From: Bigelowiella natans CCMP2755
Taxonomy: Eukaryota > Protista > Cercozoa
Reading direction: 5' to 3'
Length of the DNA stretch: 59,718 bases
Assembly (NCBI GenBank): GCA_000320545.1
Contig: ADNK01001755.1
Location: 1 to 59,718, forward strand
This document shows positions 39,349-52,368 of this stretch, in pieces (the first letter of the stretch is position 1; each line of letters opens with the position of its first letter). The notes beneath the pieces were generated by a model. That model searched no databases and was not told where the DNA came from. It worked only from the letters and a program-made list of their open reading frames with translations. The position numbers and the translations under genes were made by a program.

Positions 39349-40118
39349 CAGTCATCACTGAAGCTAGTTCGAGGCACTGCGTTTCGCACTTTGCAAATGT
39401 CCTGCCACGTTTTGGAAACGTGTTGCTTCATCACGTTTGTGTGTTTGTTTGATGTGCACGAGTGCGTGAAGTGTCACGCACGTCGCAGCTGCAGATCTGG
39501 CACGTGCAGACGTGCAGAGCCACCGACGTGCCCCAGACAACATGCAGCATCCCATCTAGTCATCTAGTCACCTCACGACGGCACGTGCAGCGATGCGTCA
39601 ATTGCACTTGCACCAGCCAGCCAGTCTAGCAGTCTGGCAGGCGCGATTCAGCGATGCGTCAATTGCGTTTGCACTGGTCTGCCCTGCGCGTGCACGTGGT
39701 GTTCTGGTTGCTCCATGATTTGCATCATTGAATGCAAACAATGTTCCACAAAAGGAGCAGCGCGGTTTGCACACGCACCAGTGTCCAGCAGTGCACCTGC
39801 GCCAGCTGGCTAGCTGGCTGCGCGTGCTGTGGACGGAGAACCAGAGAACTCGCATCGCTAGCTCGTTTTGCCGAGCCCAAACGTCCGACTCTTTGGGCAC
39901 CCGACTTTCACCACCATTGGAATTTGCAAACGTTCCAGCGTTTGCATTGTCTCATCGGTTCACTCGTTCTGACCGCTGTGCCTGCTGAAGAGCGACAGGA
40001 TCACGGGACGTGCTGGGTTGAACAATGAACAATGATGACGAACTACATTTCCAAAACGTTGCAAGACATTTGCAGTGTGCGAAATGCATGTGCCTCGAAC
40101 TGGCTTCAGTGAGGACTG
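39349..40118. mobile_element. Non-autonomous element with about 85 bp imperfect inverted repeats (MITE-like), TpA-depleted
   Basis: 39349-39432 (cagtcatcactgaagctagttcgaggcactgcgtttcgcactttgcaaatgtcctgccacgttttggaaacg) is the reverse complement of 40031-40118 (catttccaaaacgttgcaagacatttgcagtgtgcgaaatgcatgtgcctcgaactggcttcagtgaggactg). Weak similarity may extend outward (about 39320 and 40165), so true ends and TSD are unresolved. Confidence 0.75.
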
Positions 40119-40164
40119 TGACTAGCAAATCAACTAGCTGGTTTTTCAAAATGGCATGATTCAG

Positions 40165-40935
40165 TCATTGTGAAGCAATGACACTGGCGGCAAAAATCTG
40201 GCGGCGCAAGGCCTCCACTCTGAGCAAAAACTTCCTGAAGGCCATGTCCACACAACGATCTACGTTTGGATCATTTGAGGGCCCCCCCAGCAGAACTTTG
40301 GTTTTGAAAGAGTCTGGAGCGTCAAAGAATGAAGAGTGGAATCGAAGGAAGAAGCTGGGCCCATGCATGGCTGATCTCATGCACGAGAGAAGTTTGTTTC
40401 TCTCTGCATTCAAATGAGTGCAATGATGGATGAGGTGGTTGACACTTTGAACAACTTCAGCATTGCAAAGAGGACAAACCGAGGAAGAGGGGGGCAGATT
40501 GTGAACTTCAGCCCTGTGTTCTTCAGTTTCGCAAGTCCCAGCGCGGAGCTGAAGTTTGATCAACACTCCTGAATTGTCATGCCAATCATCGAGACAACAC
40601 TCAAACAATCTAGAAGCTGGCCTTCCAATGTGGCTCTTCGCCCAGGCTCTGAGTTTGCAGATTGGGGCATCGGGTTTGACGCACGAACAAAAGCTGCGAC
40701 GCAAGTTGCCATTGGTGGACAGATGAGCCCTGACTCTTCGATTGAGGTCAAGATCTACCAGTTTTGGACAGGTCTGGTCCAAGTTGACTAACGTGTCCAA
40801 GCCACAGGCAGATAGGCCACAGGCAGTGATGCGGTGAAGAACAGACCTAGTGTTGTGACGCTGCATGCTGGTGCAGCATTCATGGGTTTCCATTAGGTTT
40901 GAATTTGCCTCCTTTCCTTTGCGACGACTACACAA
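40165..40935 (-). mobile_element. 5'-truncated non-LTR retrotransposon (LINE) ORF2 C-terminal fragment
   Basis: Intronless 256-aa ORF with KLQLRAGT followed by CPLCNAEVVQSVNHLIHHC...ER (CCHC knuckle), then LLG. This is the typical post-RT region of LINE ORF2. No RT core is present. Confidence 0.8.
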
Positions 40936-41083
40936 CTCAATCCAGGTTTCTAGTATTTCTAGGTTTTTTCCATATATGTGTTGTCGCAGAAAAAAATCCC
41001 TTTTGTTTTACAAATTTGGATCATTTTGAAAATTTGAAAAATTTGACTCACCACAATGGACGCCTGAACACCCCACTTGCACA

Positions 41084-43193
41084 ATGCTCCGGAGGTTTAG
41101 TTCCTCAAGGAGTGCCGCACCCAGGCAGCTTTCAAAGGTTTTGAAATATTACATTTGGGGAGGTGGAAGCTGGAGAGGAGGGTTCATTTAATTGGAAATA
41201 TACCGTGCAGGCACAATGTTTGTCCTTAACCGGCCCGATTGATGAAGAATATGAGCTGGTGCACATACGGGCTAAGTTCGGCAAAGGTATCATCGTCATC
41301 ATCATCATCATTGTTATCGTTATTTCATTTATACAAATTATTCCCACACCGTGTTTGAATTTGACACGCAGCGAGCCTGGTGAATGGTTACGAGCAAATG
41401 TTGATGATTATAAGGTGAAAATAGTAGTAGACAGCTGTCATCGACAACACGAGTTTCCAATAGGCACGATGCTGTGACCATTAATTTAAAAGATGCGAGT
41501 ATATACATATCTAAAGTGGAAGTATTCCCCCACCCCCCCAAAATTTGGGAAATTTATAACCCTCGTCGCTTAGGTTCGACAGTGCACGGCTGGATTTCAA
41601 GGGGACCAACTTTGTAATAGCATGAGATACGCCTAAATACATCAACTACACCCTACAAATGAAATCATCGAGGGTTATTACATACTAACATGCGCACACG
41701 CACACGCACACGCACACGCACACGCACACGCACACGCACAAACGCAAACACGGTAATGCAATATATTGAATATATTTAATAATCTGATAGGTGGGAACAC
41801 GTAAGGCGGATGTGGACGCTACATTTGATAAAAGAGCCAAGAACACAAAATTCAAGACAATTCTAAAGAAGAACATCACCAGAGTGTAATACGCTGCTCC
41901 GCGAAAGAATTATTAAAGTTTTCTTTTGATCGAAAGAAACAAACTTCGGTGTTCGGTTATTATGCAATTGCGCGACAGTGCGTACTACATCTGATATGAC
42001 TGAGCGTGTGTATGCGTGTGTGTGCGTGCGCATCTATGTGGGCATTTTGTGCTTATGTCAATATAGGGAGGAGAATAAAGACTCGGATAAAAAAATAACC
42101 ATCATATACACGAAGAAATCTGGCGAAAAAATAAAACAGAAAAAAGTTAAGGTGTGAAATGATAAGCGGATACAACGATGATGTCACTGATGTTCTCCTC
42201 CTCCTCCTCCTTCTTATCGTCGTCCAATTCCTTTCTTTCCTCTTTCTTCTTCTTCTTTTGAATTATGAATCCTCCCTTAACTCGCACAACATTAGGTAGC
42301 TACTATTATCCCCTCTTCCGTGCCTAACTGTTCTCATCCTCCTCCTTCTCTTCCTCTTCCTTCTGTTTTTTCCTTCTCCTCGCAGATTGATCTACAGGAC
42401 TCAAAGAAGGCTCAGGTGTGGTTGCAAATTCTTAAGACCTGGCAGGTAATATTTACTCATCTTCACGTCATCGTCGTCGTCGTCACCAGCAGCAGCAGTA
42501 CAATAGAGAATCCTCGCATCTCGAAGCTGCGCTGGAATAGATCGATGATGCTTCTATTACGCCCTTGCTGATAGATAGATACATCTTGTGCAAATGATAA
42601 ATTGTATCATCACCCATTAGCCGTATGAGAAGGAGCTGCAGGACGTTAGAGAAAGCGAAAATCTAGATCCCCAAGACTCAGGTGTTGGATGGAGATTTCA
42701 TAATCTCACCCCCCCACCCCCATCCCCACCCCCTCCCCCTTCCCTTTCCTTTCCTTTTGCATAGATTAAAGAGAGAAGAGTCCTACTTGTTGGGTTACTG
42801 GGAGAAGGAAAGTTAGAGAAGGCGTTCTGCCCCTCTTATGAACCATTAACGCTAGTGTCATCTTCCAAAGTGTCCTCTCATCATTCATATCCTCTTCGTT
42901 TTGTCGCACCACAGATGGAAATAGAAAGGAAGAGGGAGGAGAAGAAGGGGGTGGGAGCGAAAAACGGAGAGTCAAGGAAAAGGAGGTCGCTTCTCTGAGG
43001 ATGATGAATACACGCCATTACTACATCTTACAACCACCAGTAGAGCTCCTCGTACATTCGAATGGCAGCATGATGATGATGATGATGATGCAGAACAGCG
43101 CTAGAGCTATACCCATCCACGACAGAACGATTAGGAGATCATCTGCATGCACTCGAGTATCAGGAGATAATACGCCAATACCCAAATATATAA

Positions 43194-43239
<46 letters not shown>

Positions 43240-43696
43240 ACGCCATGGGCCACGGTAACAACCGACTGGATCAAACAGGCATAGGCGAGGACATCCGAAG
43301 ATCGCAGAAGGCCAATGGTAGCGATACGACCCTCGCCAGCTCTCACCAAACGAGGGGGGGGACGGAGGACCTGGCGGACAACGGCTACATGGAGCTCGAT
43401 ATTCGGCTTTCCCCCCCCTTCGATCCCGTCGACGCAGGGTTCCCGCAGGGGTACTCGCCGCAGTTGAACCTGGCCATCATCGGCCAATTCAAGAAGGGGG
43501 GGGGCAAGGGGTCGAATAACAAGTTGCTCAGGGTGATCGAGTTTGACGCAAAGGCGGGGCACGACCGGTGCGTGTGGGTGTGCGCATGCCTGTATGTGTG
43601 TATGCGTAGGATTGCCTTTGATCTCTTCCTTCTCTCCTCCTCCCTCTCTAGCCGTCACTTTCCCCTTCCCCTTTGCACTGTTGTATGTCGCCATCC

Positions 43697-43736
<40 letters not shown>

Positions 43737-45748
43737 GCGCTCACTCACGCGCTCAAATGTGCAGAAAACAAAGCACGAACACGACCACAATTCAAAAGTC
43801 ATCTCCTTTTTTGTATTTCCCAATCATCACATCCACTGAGGCTTTATCACCCTCATCCTTTTCATCACGACGCCGTCGTCGTCGTCACTATCTACGCTTC
43901 TTCTCTAGCTTCGCATGGCGGAGGGTACGGCTGGCCATTGATGTGGCGGATTCTCTACGAAAGAATGGCGGTCGACTGGTGGTGCGCTTGGAAGACGTCA
44001 AAACCAAACGGATGTTGCTTGTGCACAAACGGGCCTCCTTCTTCTTCGACGAGGCTAAAAAGAAGGATAGTCGCGAGCTCGGAATCAAGGTGAAAGAGCC
44101 GGTGAAAGACGCTAAGTATGAGATAGTTCCCAAGGCTTCAATGAAAATCAGTGTGAAGGTACTTCGACGCATATTCACGATGATATGGCTCGTACGAACT
44201 GCCGCGGAAATGCAACGGTTCCAAATGCACCACGGGGAATAAATCATCGTATCTATTTTGCAAACAACCTGCTATATCGACGATTCTCGTCCCGAGAAGC
44301 GGCGATTTGTCGTGTCTCAAGGCGAAGATGTAGCGGAATAACAGTGTGTGTGTGTGTTTGTGTGTGTGAAGTATCAATTTATGACAATCCCCCCCCCCCC
44401 CCTGCTGTCCCAACCAGATCGTGAGAGAGAAAAGTTCGGGCGGTGATGACGAGAAAAAGCCCGTCCTTGCAAGTGCAGATTTGGGTAGAAGAGAGGCCGC
44501 TCGGGACGAGGGCATTGAAATGGTTGCTCTCAATAACAAGAGGGAGGGGAAAGACGTAGAGGCGACTCGTAACAGAGATAAAGACGATGATCCTGCACGT
44601 CACTCTGATCAACATCAAGTATTCGAGAGAAAGAACACCGAGCCCGTCATTGCGGTATTAGTAGTATTTCTAGTAGTAGCAGTAGTAGAAGTAGAAGAAG
44701 AAGCTAAAAGATGACGCCACTCGCAGTATAGGAAAAAAATAGGCAATAAAAGCCTCCTATGGCATTCGTCATCTTCATTGTCATCAGCACTATCATCAAC
44801 AGCGCACACCTCCCTTACCCCAAGCACCAACGCCATTGATTGATCTTTGTCGCGTCATAACACCACAGGCCGCAGGTTTGGACGAAGAAGACTCGGCGGG
44901 GAAGAAGCTTGCAAAGGAGGGGGAGGAGAAGGAAGACAAAAACAACTACAAGGAGCTCCCCAAGGTTGAAGCAAGGGGCACAGAGCCTCTCGACGACGAC
45001 GACGACGACGACGACGAGAGGCAGAGGCGGGAGGAACTTCTGCATGGCCAACGGCGTACGGAAGAGATTCGCCCCTCCGCCAATGTAGAAATGCAGGAGA
45101 TGGTTATGCGAAATGACGACGACGGAGAGGGGGGGGGGGTAGATCATGCTGCGAGGGATGCGTCCGGAGGCAGCGATGGAGGCGAGGGGAAGGCTGACGA
45201 TGCGAAGAACAAACCGATGGTAAAGAGCAGCAATGATAAGGTTGTTGCAGGGGGGGGGGGGGGGGGGCAGGACGTCAGTGATGAGCAATACCAATCGCCG
45301 CCTCCTCTGCCCGAGCGGTCTGAATCGGTCATGAGCGAGAATATCGACAGCGCACCACCCAATGGCGGACGAAGAGGGGAGATGGACATCGTTGTTGAGA
45401 GGCATAGCAACAACGACGACAACAACGATGACGGTGGCGGTGATGATGATGATGATGATGATAGTGACGTCGCGGAGCCTGTGTCGCTGACACCGGAGGA
45501 GAAGGAGAGCAAGCACAATCTCAACGTAAACGATCGGAAACGAGGTTGCCCAACTTTAGATAGAAAAAAAACCACGTTTTATTATATTGCATATGTTCAT
45601 ATCGTCACTTACATATTCTCCCTCACGAAGCCAGCCTTAGCGTGATCTTGCAGTGTGGTTGGGTGTGTCTCTTTTTACGCGTGCCAACGGGGAGATAGAT
45701 GCCACTACATCGCTGCGTAATCCATGTGATGACAACGATATTGATGAT

Positions 45749-45791
<43 letters not shown>

Positions 45792-46947
45792 AAATACACA
45801 GGGCAAAGCGAGGTAATCGGTGTTGCTGTGGACACTTTGAACCTGAAGGACCAGAGCTACGGCACGGTCTTCTACAGCGATGCAGATAAGTCGGGCGGCG
45901 ACGACAACGCCACCGTATTTGGCACCCCCGACGACAAGTCCCGTGAAGACGTTTCCATAACAGATGATTCCAAAGCGAGTGGCGATGATCTACAAGGTTA
46001 CCGTAGCGTTCTAAAATGCACCGTATCGACACGCACATTCGGAAAACAGAGGACGGGGAGAAGGGGGATGGGGGGGGGCAACGAGGGTGTAAAAAAACGA
46101 AATGTGAGAATCAAGGGGAGGGCCTGAACGCAAGCAATCCGCAATTGATCGGACATAATGGAGACATCATCACCGCCCCCTGTGTACGATGATATCCAAC
46201 AATTTAACAACAGTGCTACCCCAAGGAACCGCGGTACGAAGAAAGCTACAACCGAGAGAGCATAGATCCCAAAGGTGATGATCATCACACGAGTAACTTC
46301 CCCGAAATTCAAAGCGAGCGAAAGCATCGATGATGATATCTAGTGGCCATGCGACGCTGTTCGTTGCCGTGATGACAGGGATCATCGGCGCTCGAGCTTG
46401 TGTGTTTGGGGGGGAGGGGTCAATAGCCAAACACAACATATCATGATCAGCATCACCATTATATCATCAGCATCGTCAACTTAACCTTTCTCGCATTGTG
46501 CTCATTGTTTTTCCTTCTCCTCCTCCGCCTCCTCCTCCCCCTCCGCCTAAGAAATGATGTCGACGCTGTTGATCGGTTTGGGGAGCACCGAGTTGATGAA
46601 GAGAAGGCTACTGCCGATGAGCGCATAAAGCAAATCTCCTCAGTCTCAACGCTAACGAAGGTTCCTAGATGCTGCGATGATGCTTCACTTTCCCATTGTA
46701 AAGCCGCAACGACATCTCTCCGCACGTGAGCTCCTCATATCAGTGAGTGCGGGGATGTGTTGCTTTTTATTGGCTCTCACTCTCTCCTTTTCTGCTGCAA
46801 TTGATCGAGGACGACACGTGAACATAAAACAACAAACAACAAACGACACACAAAACACATACACAAAACAGAAAGCCAACGGCAACAGTCAAAGGGCGAT
46901 AACACGATTGAAAAATGACTGCTTTGCAATGACAAAATCCACAGCTG

Positions 46948-46990
<43 letters not shown>

Positions 46991-47996
46991 ATATATATAT
47001 ATATATATATATATTATATTTAATTGGAATAATACATGTTGCTTATTCTATTCCTTGCATCTGCTTCTTTTCCCCCTATCTGATCTGCCGTCGATATCAT
47101 CCTAGTTTCGGCTTGGTAGCGTACGAGCACTGCCTAGAATCGAACCGGCCCCCACCACCATCTCCTCCTTCTTTGACCAGAATCAGGTGAGAGCGCCATA
47201 GCAATAAGACGAACTTTATGCAGACTTCCAGTAGAAACACTTGCTGAGAGATGGGGAGGGGGGGGGGCATGGAGGGTATCGTCACGGCGCTATGCTTATG
47301 TGAAGCATCATGATTTTCGAGGTGCGCATGCCACAGAATAATAGTTGAAATGGGGGGAGGATTTTGATCAGAAAACAACGATGATACGCCGTGCTGCAGG
47401 GTCTTTGACGGTGTTCCCTCTCATTTAGCATTGAGATCTTAAGCCGGATACGTCCTATCTGTGAACTTATGCTTATCTTATCCTCTCTCCCCCCCCTTCC
47501 CCCCCCCCCCCTTCTTCCGTGTCCACCAAATACCATAATGTATCAGAAATACGAGGTTCTGCTTCTCGCATCCGGAAACACCCAAATCTTCCTTGGCATG
47601 CCAGGCCGCCAAAGCAAGGAGGAGAAGAAGCTTAAGTTGAAAGCGATGAAAGACAGCGACTCAGCGTCGTCGTATGCGCACGATGTTACGTTAGCTACGT
47701 GGAATGATGATACAGGTGGTGAAGGAAGAGGGGGGTGGACCATATTTGCAATAGCAGCATGCATGAATCGACGTACGAGTGCCAGAAAAGAAATCGCTGA
47801 GATGCAATGTGAATACGCACTATGGACAGAGAGGGAATGATGAAATTGTACTGAATGGGGCTGTTATGTGTGTGGGGGGAGGGAGGGGGGGGGGGGGGAG
47901 AGAGAGAGAGAGAGAGGAAGGGAGACTCTGCTTTTCCGAAAGAAGTTGTCAGTGAGCACCTTTAACGACGACATTCACATTCCTTAATGCGTGTGC

Positions 47997-48029
<33 letters not shown>

Positions 48030-51000
48030 CACCTAATCCACAGCATAGCTGTGATGAGGTAATGCATATTTTCATCCATCTTTCAGCCAATCAACCCCCA
48101 TCCCATTTCTCTGCCGCTCTTTTGCCTTTCTCCCCCCCCCCCTCCTTTTTCTTTCTCCGTAACAGTGGAGAAGGGCTGGCTGATGCGGAAGAACCACCGC
48201 GGCGATTTCTACGAAATCGTGCCGTGGCAACGAAGGAACTTGATGCTGGGAGTCTCACCACCCGCTGAAGTTTCTCCCTTGTCGTCGACGCGCATCGTGT
48301 TGAGTGAGATAGATGACGGGACGGGCATGCAGCGCTGGCGGGTATCTAAGAACAAGAGCGAGGAGTTTCGCTTGGAGGTGAATCGTCACGTGCGCGGGGA
48401 GACTCTTCGCCTCGGTCCGTTACTCCCCCATTAGGACTTCCCGTCCGATTGATGACGATGCTCTCAAGAGATTTGTTCATTGGGAAGGGGAGGGGGGAGG
48501 GGGGAGGAGGATGTTGCCTTCTCATTATTCATTTTATAGTTACTGTCGTATCATGCTGCTACCCATCTTATTATTACTCTCTCTCTCTCCTTCTTTCCCT
48601 CTGCATGCTCTCGCTCCCCCGCTCTCTATCGCTCCCACGCCAGGCTATTCATCACAAGCGAAGCTGCAGATCATACACACACCAGCCACGGAGGACTTGA
48701 GGAGGAAGAAGAAGAAGACCGACCGCGGCGTCCAGGAGCAAAACTGTAAGTATTCAACTGAAGAGAGGAATAAAAGTATAGAGCACTCTGATCGCGTGCT
48801 ATCAGTACCATCGTCTCCCTCATGAGATAAAAGAAAGCTTCCGTCATGAGTACCCCCCCCTCCCCCCCCCCCCCCTCCCCCCCCCAAAGGCTTACGCTGG
48901 AAGATACAGCCCTACGGTACCGCGGAGAGGGAGCAGCTGCAGCGTTTTCAGTACAGAGACCGACTGAAGCAAGTTGTGGAGGCCATCGGTAGGCCAACAG
49001 AACGTCCGGAGATTGGCGGGGAGAGTCGGGGGGGAGGAAGAAGATTCAATCAAGGAGCACTCGAGAGGAAAGCGAGGAGGGGTGGGGTTAAGAAAGAAGG
49101 CAACAAGGCCATTCCTTACATTGTCATCTGTGAAAAGCAGTAGTAGTCACTGCTGCCGTTGTTGTTGTTGTTGTCTTTCCTCTCCTGCTCACTGACGACG
49201 ATTTGCTTATTATTCTTCTCCTCCTCAGGTTTGCGGCTGAAGAAGAAGATGGTGTACATACAGAGGCTTGAGGCTGTACACAATGAAAAGCTTGAAGAGG
49301 TACTACTACTGCTAGTAGCAGCAGCGGTGGTGGTAGTATGAGAGGAGGCCTTTCAAATCCTTATGAAAAGAGATGGATATAGATTGTTGATCTCTCTCGC
49401 TATCATTGCTGCTACGGTGAGTCTCATTATTATTATTGTCCGTGTTCCCCTATCTTCCCCCCCCCCCCCCCTTTCTATTTGTTGTCTCTCCTAGCTGAAG
49501 GGCCCTTACAATGAGTGGCAGCTACGAATTGAGGTGCTCGATGGGTCAGGGCTCTGTGTTCGTGATAGTAACGGTAAGAGCGACCCGTACATCAAGCTAC
49601 GACTATTCAGGTATCTGTATAGAGGGAGAGGGAGAGAAGGGGGGGGGGGGTAGGCTCGGATATGTAGACCTTATGAATTTCTCTTCTTCCTTTACATTGC
49701 AGGACGATATTCGTCTTAAGAGTCAATTTTTCGTCATCATATAAAGAATTTTCTCCTTGTCTTTTACTTCCATGGATCAATATCATTATTTCCTCCTCCT
49801 CCTTATACTACTACTACTACTACTTCCTCTTCTTCCTCCTCCATCTCTTTTCCTTCTTTCGTGCAGACATGACAAAGAGATCTTTCTACACAACGGGAAG
49901 AGCGAGCGCCAAGTGTAATGGATGCTGCTTCGCCTTTGATGATGCGATGATTTGTCGCTTGTCATTATCATCCTCTATATCGAGGAGAAGAAGGATGATG
50001 GTGGTGGTGATCTGTGATGATGATGCTTACAGCGTGTTGCTTCTAAACTTATGCTGCCAGTCAAACAACAGCGATGCGTAGAACTGGTAGTGAGATCAAA
50101 CGCTCATATGCTCTCTTTCCCCCCTCCTCCTCCTCCTCTTCTTCCTGATCGTCTCCAGGAGGAAGGGCACGTTGAATCCGAAATGGAACTACGAGATCAA
50201 GGGTATCGAGCAGCACCATAAGGACGATTTCACCCGTATTGAGCTGGAGTGTTGGGACAGGTGTGTGCGTGTGTGCGTGAGTGCCCCCCCCCCTCTCTCC
50301 CTCTCTGTGTGTTTTACATGTTAGTGTTGATGCTATTCAAAATCGGGAAGAGAAGGAAGAGTGTAAGGGCTACTACTGATAGTGATATATCATAATGCTT
50401 GGGAGTCGTTAGAGTCCATTAGCTTTTTCCCTCTTTACCTGTTAATCACGCATATGCTACTCGTCGCCAGCGATTTCTTTGGCTCGAGCGATTTCATGGG
50501 AATACACATCATCACGAGGGCGGATCTTATCGAGGCTGTAAAGAACAATCTCAGCGAAGGTTGGCACCTGATGATGATGCTTAAGATGATGATGTTAATA
50601 ATGCCGATGATGATAATGATGACAATCAAGATGATAATATAAAACATAAAAACAGCACCGTACAGACGCGCACACTGTATATGCGCTGTGTCTCGCAATG
50701 AGAACCATGTTATGACGACTGGCGGCTGTATGTATTCGCCTCCTCCTTTTTCTCTCTACTCGGTGTGTAGATGAGCAAGGGAGCTATACCTTTTCACTGA
50801 ATCTCCATGAGTACCCGTGGGGGAAGAAACCGAAGAAGGGCGATGACCCTGTCAAGGGCTTTATCAGACTCAAGATCGAGCACCACCAGAAGGACGAATT
50901 TCGTCGTGCGGAAATTCTCGGTCTCAATGAATGACTTGTGCATGGAGGAGCTCTTGTCAAAGCAGCAGCATTTGTTTCGGCTTTGCCTCAGCGTTGTTTC

Positions 51001-51112
51001 TTAGTTTTTTGATTGCCAATGATGATGATGAGGAGGAGGAGGATAATGGTGGTGAGGAGGCGGTCTGGAGAAGCTGTGCGGGATTTGTTATAATATTTTT
51101 TGATAAATATAT

Positions 51113-51184
<72 letters not shown>

Positions 51185-51922
51185 ATATTTATCAAAAAAT
51201 TTATATGTTTATCATGCATGGAATATAGGGGTGGGGTAAGGGGGGTGGTTGCGAGGGAGATGGGAGAGTCTGCAAAATTAAAGGCAATAATCATTGCTGT
51301 CGTCGTCTTTCATCTGATTTTGCTGCCATTACTCGCTTAGGACTCTCGCCAAATCAAGAGGATGCTGACTTCATGTTTAATGTCTTGGATTTGGAGAGGA
51401 AGCATGGTAACACGGGCAGATGAGAGTACAGAGGGGGAGGGTGTGTGTATGTGTAAGTGTGAGTGTGAGTGGGAGTGTGAGTGTGTAAATCTTGACACCG
51501 AGATTTTACATGTAAAGTGCACCTGCTCCCCATGACCATGCAACACGATTCCGCACATAATAATCCCATTTGTCGGCCAGCAGATTCACCATGATCATCA
51601 AAGCCGGTTCTTATCATCCTCATCGCAATTTACTCTCTCCCTGACACACACACACACACACACGCACGCACACGCACGCACGTACACGCCTCTCTCAACA
51701 CGCTGCTCATGATGCCATGCTGCAGCGAACATCGTGGTGGGAGCGGAGATCCTAAGCAGCTTCGATGGGTACATGATGGAGGTGTCCGTCCTCAATGCGA
51801 AGCTAGATGCCACGTCTAGGTGGGAAGACACTCATTCATTTCGCCAAATAGAAAGAAATGTCTGCCTCTGCTGCGAGTGATGATGACGATGCCGCGCCGA
51901 TGTTGTTGGTGGAGATGATAGC

Positions 51923-51958
<36 letters not shown>

Positions 51959-52333
51959 CGCAATGCTGCTTGTATTAGAGTACACAGAGATGCAGCAAGA
52001 GCAGATGTTTGAATTTTGGCGGTATGAGGATGATATCTGTCGCCATCGGCATGCTCACGGGGCTATAACTCCTTCCCCCACCACCGCTGCCACTTACCTT
52101 AGGAGGCGAAAGAACCCATACGCTCGTCTGAAGCTCTACAATCAAAAGGGGGGCAAGTTCTTTAAGAGGGAGGCTAAAGAAAAGTGCAAAGGGAATAGGG
52201 CGAACCCGGTACTACCTCCATTAGAAAGAAGAAGAAGAAGGAGAAGGAGAATATGTAGATGTAGACGAATACTGCGCACCAAAAAATCCCTATTCAACGC
52301 CATCTGCTCCATCGATTCGATGCTTGCTGCCTA

Positions 52334-52368
<35 letters not shown>

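Noticed and set aside
39347-40120. Assignment to Tc1/mariner (CAGT ends, TA target duplication mutated to TG)
   Set aside because: The right flank is TG but the left flank is CC, other copies disagree, and the similarity may extend beyond CAGT.
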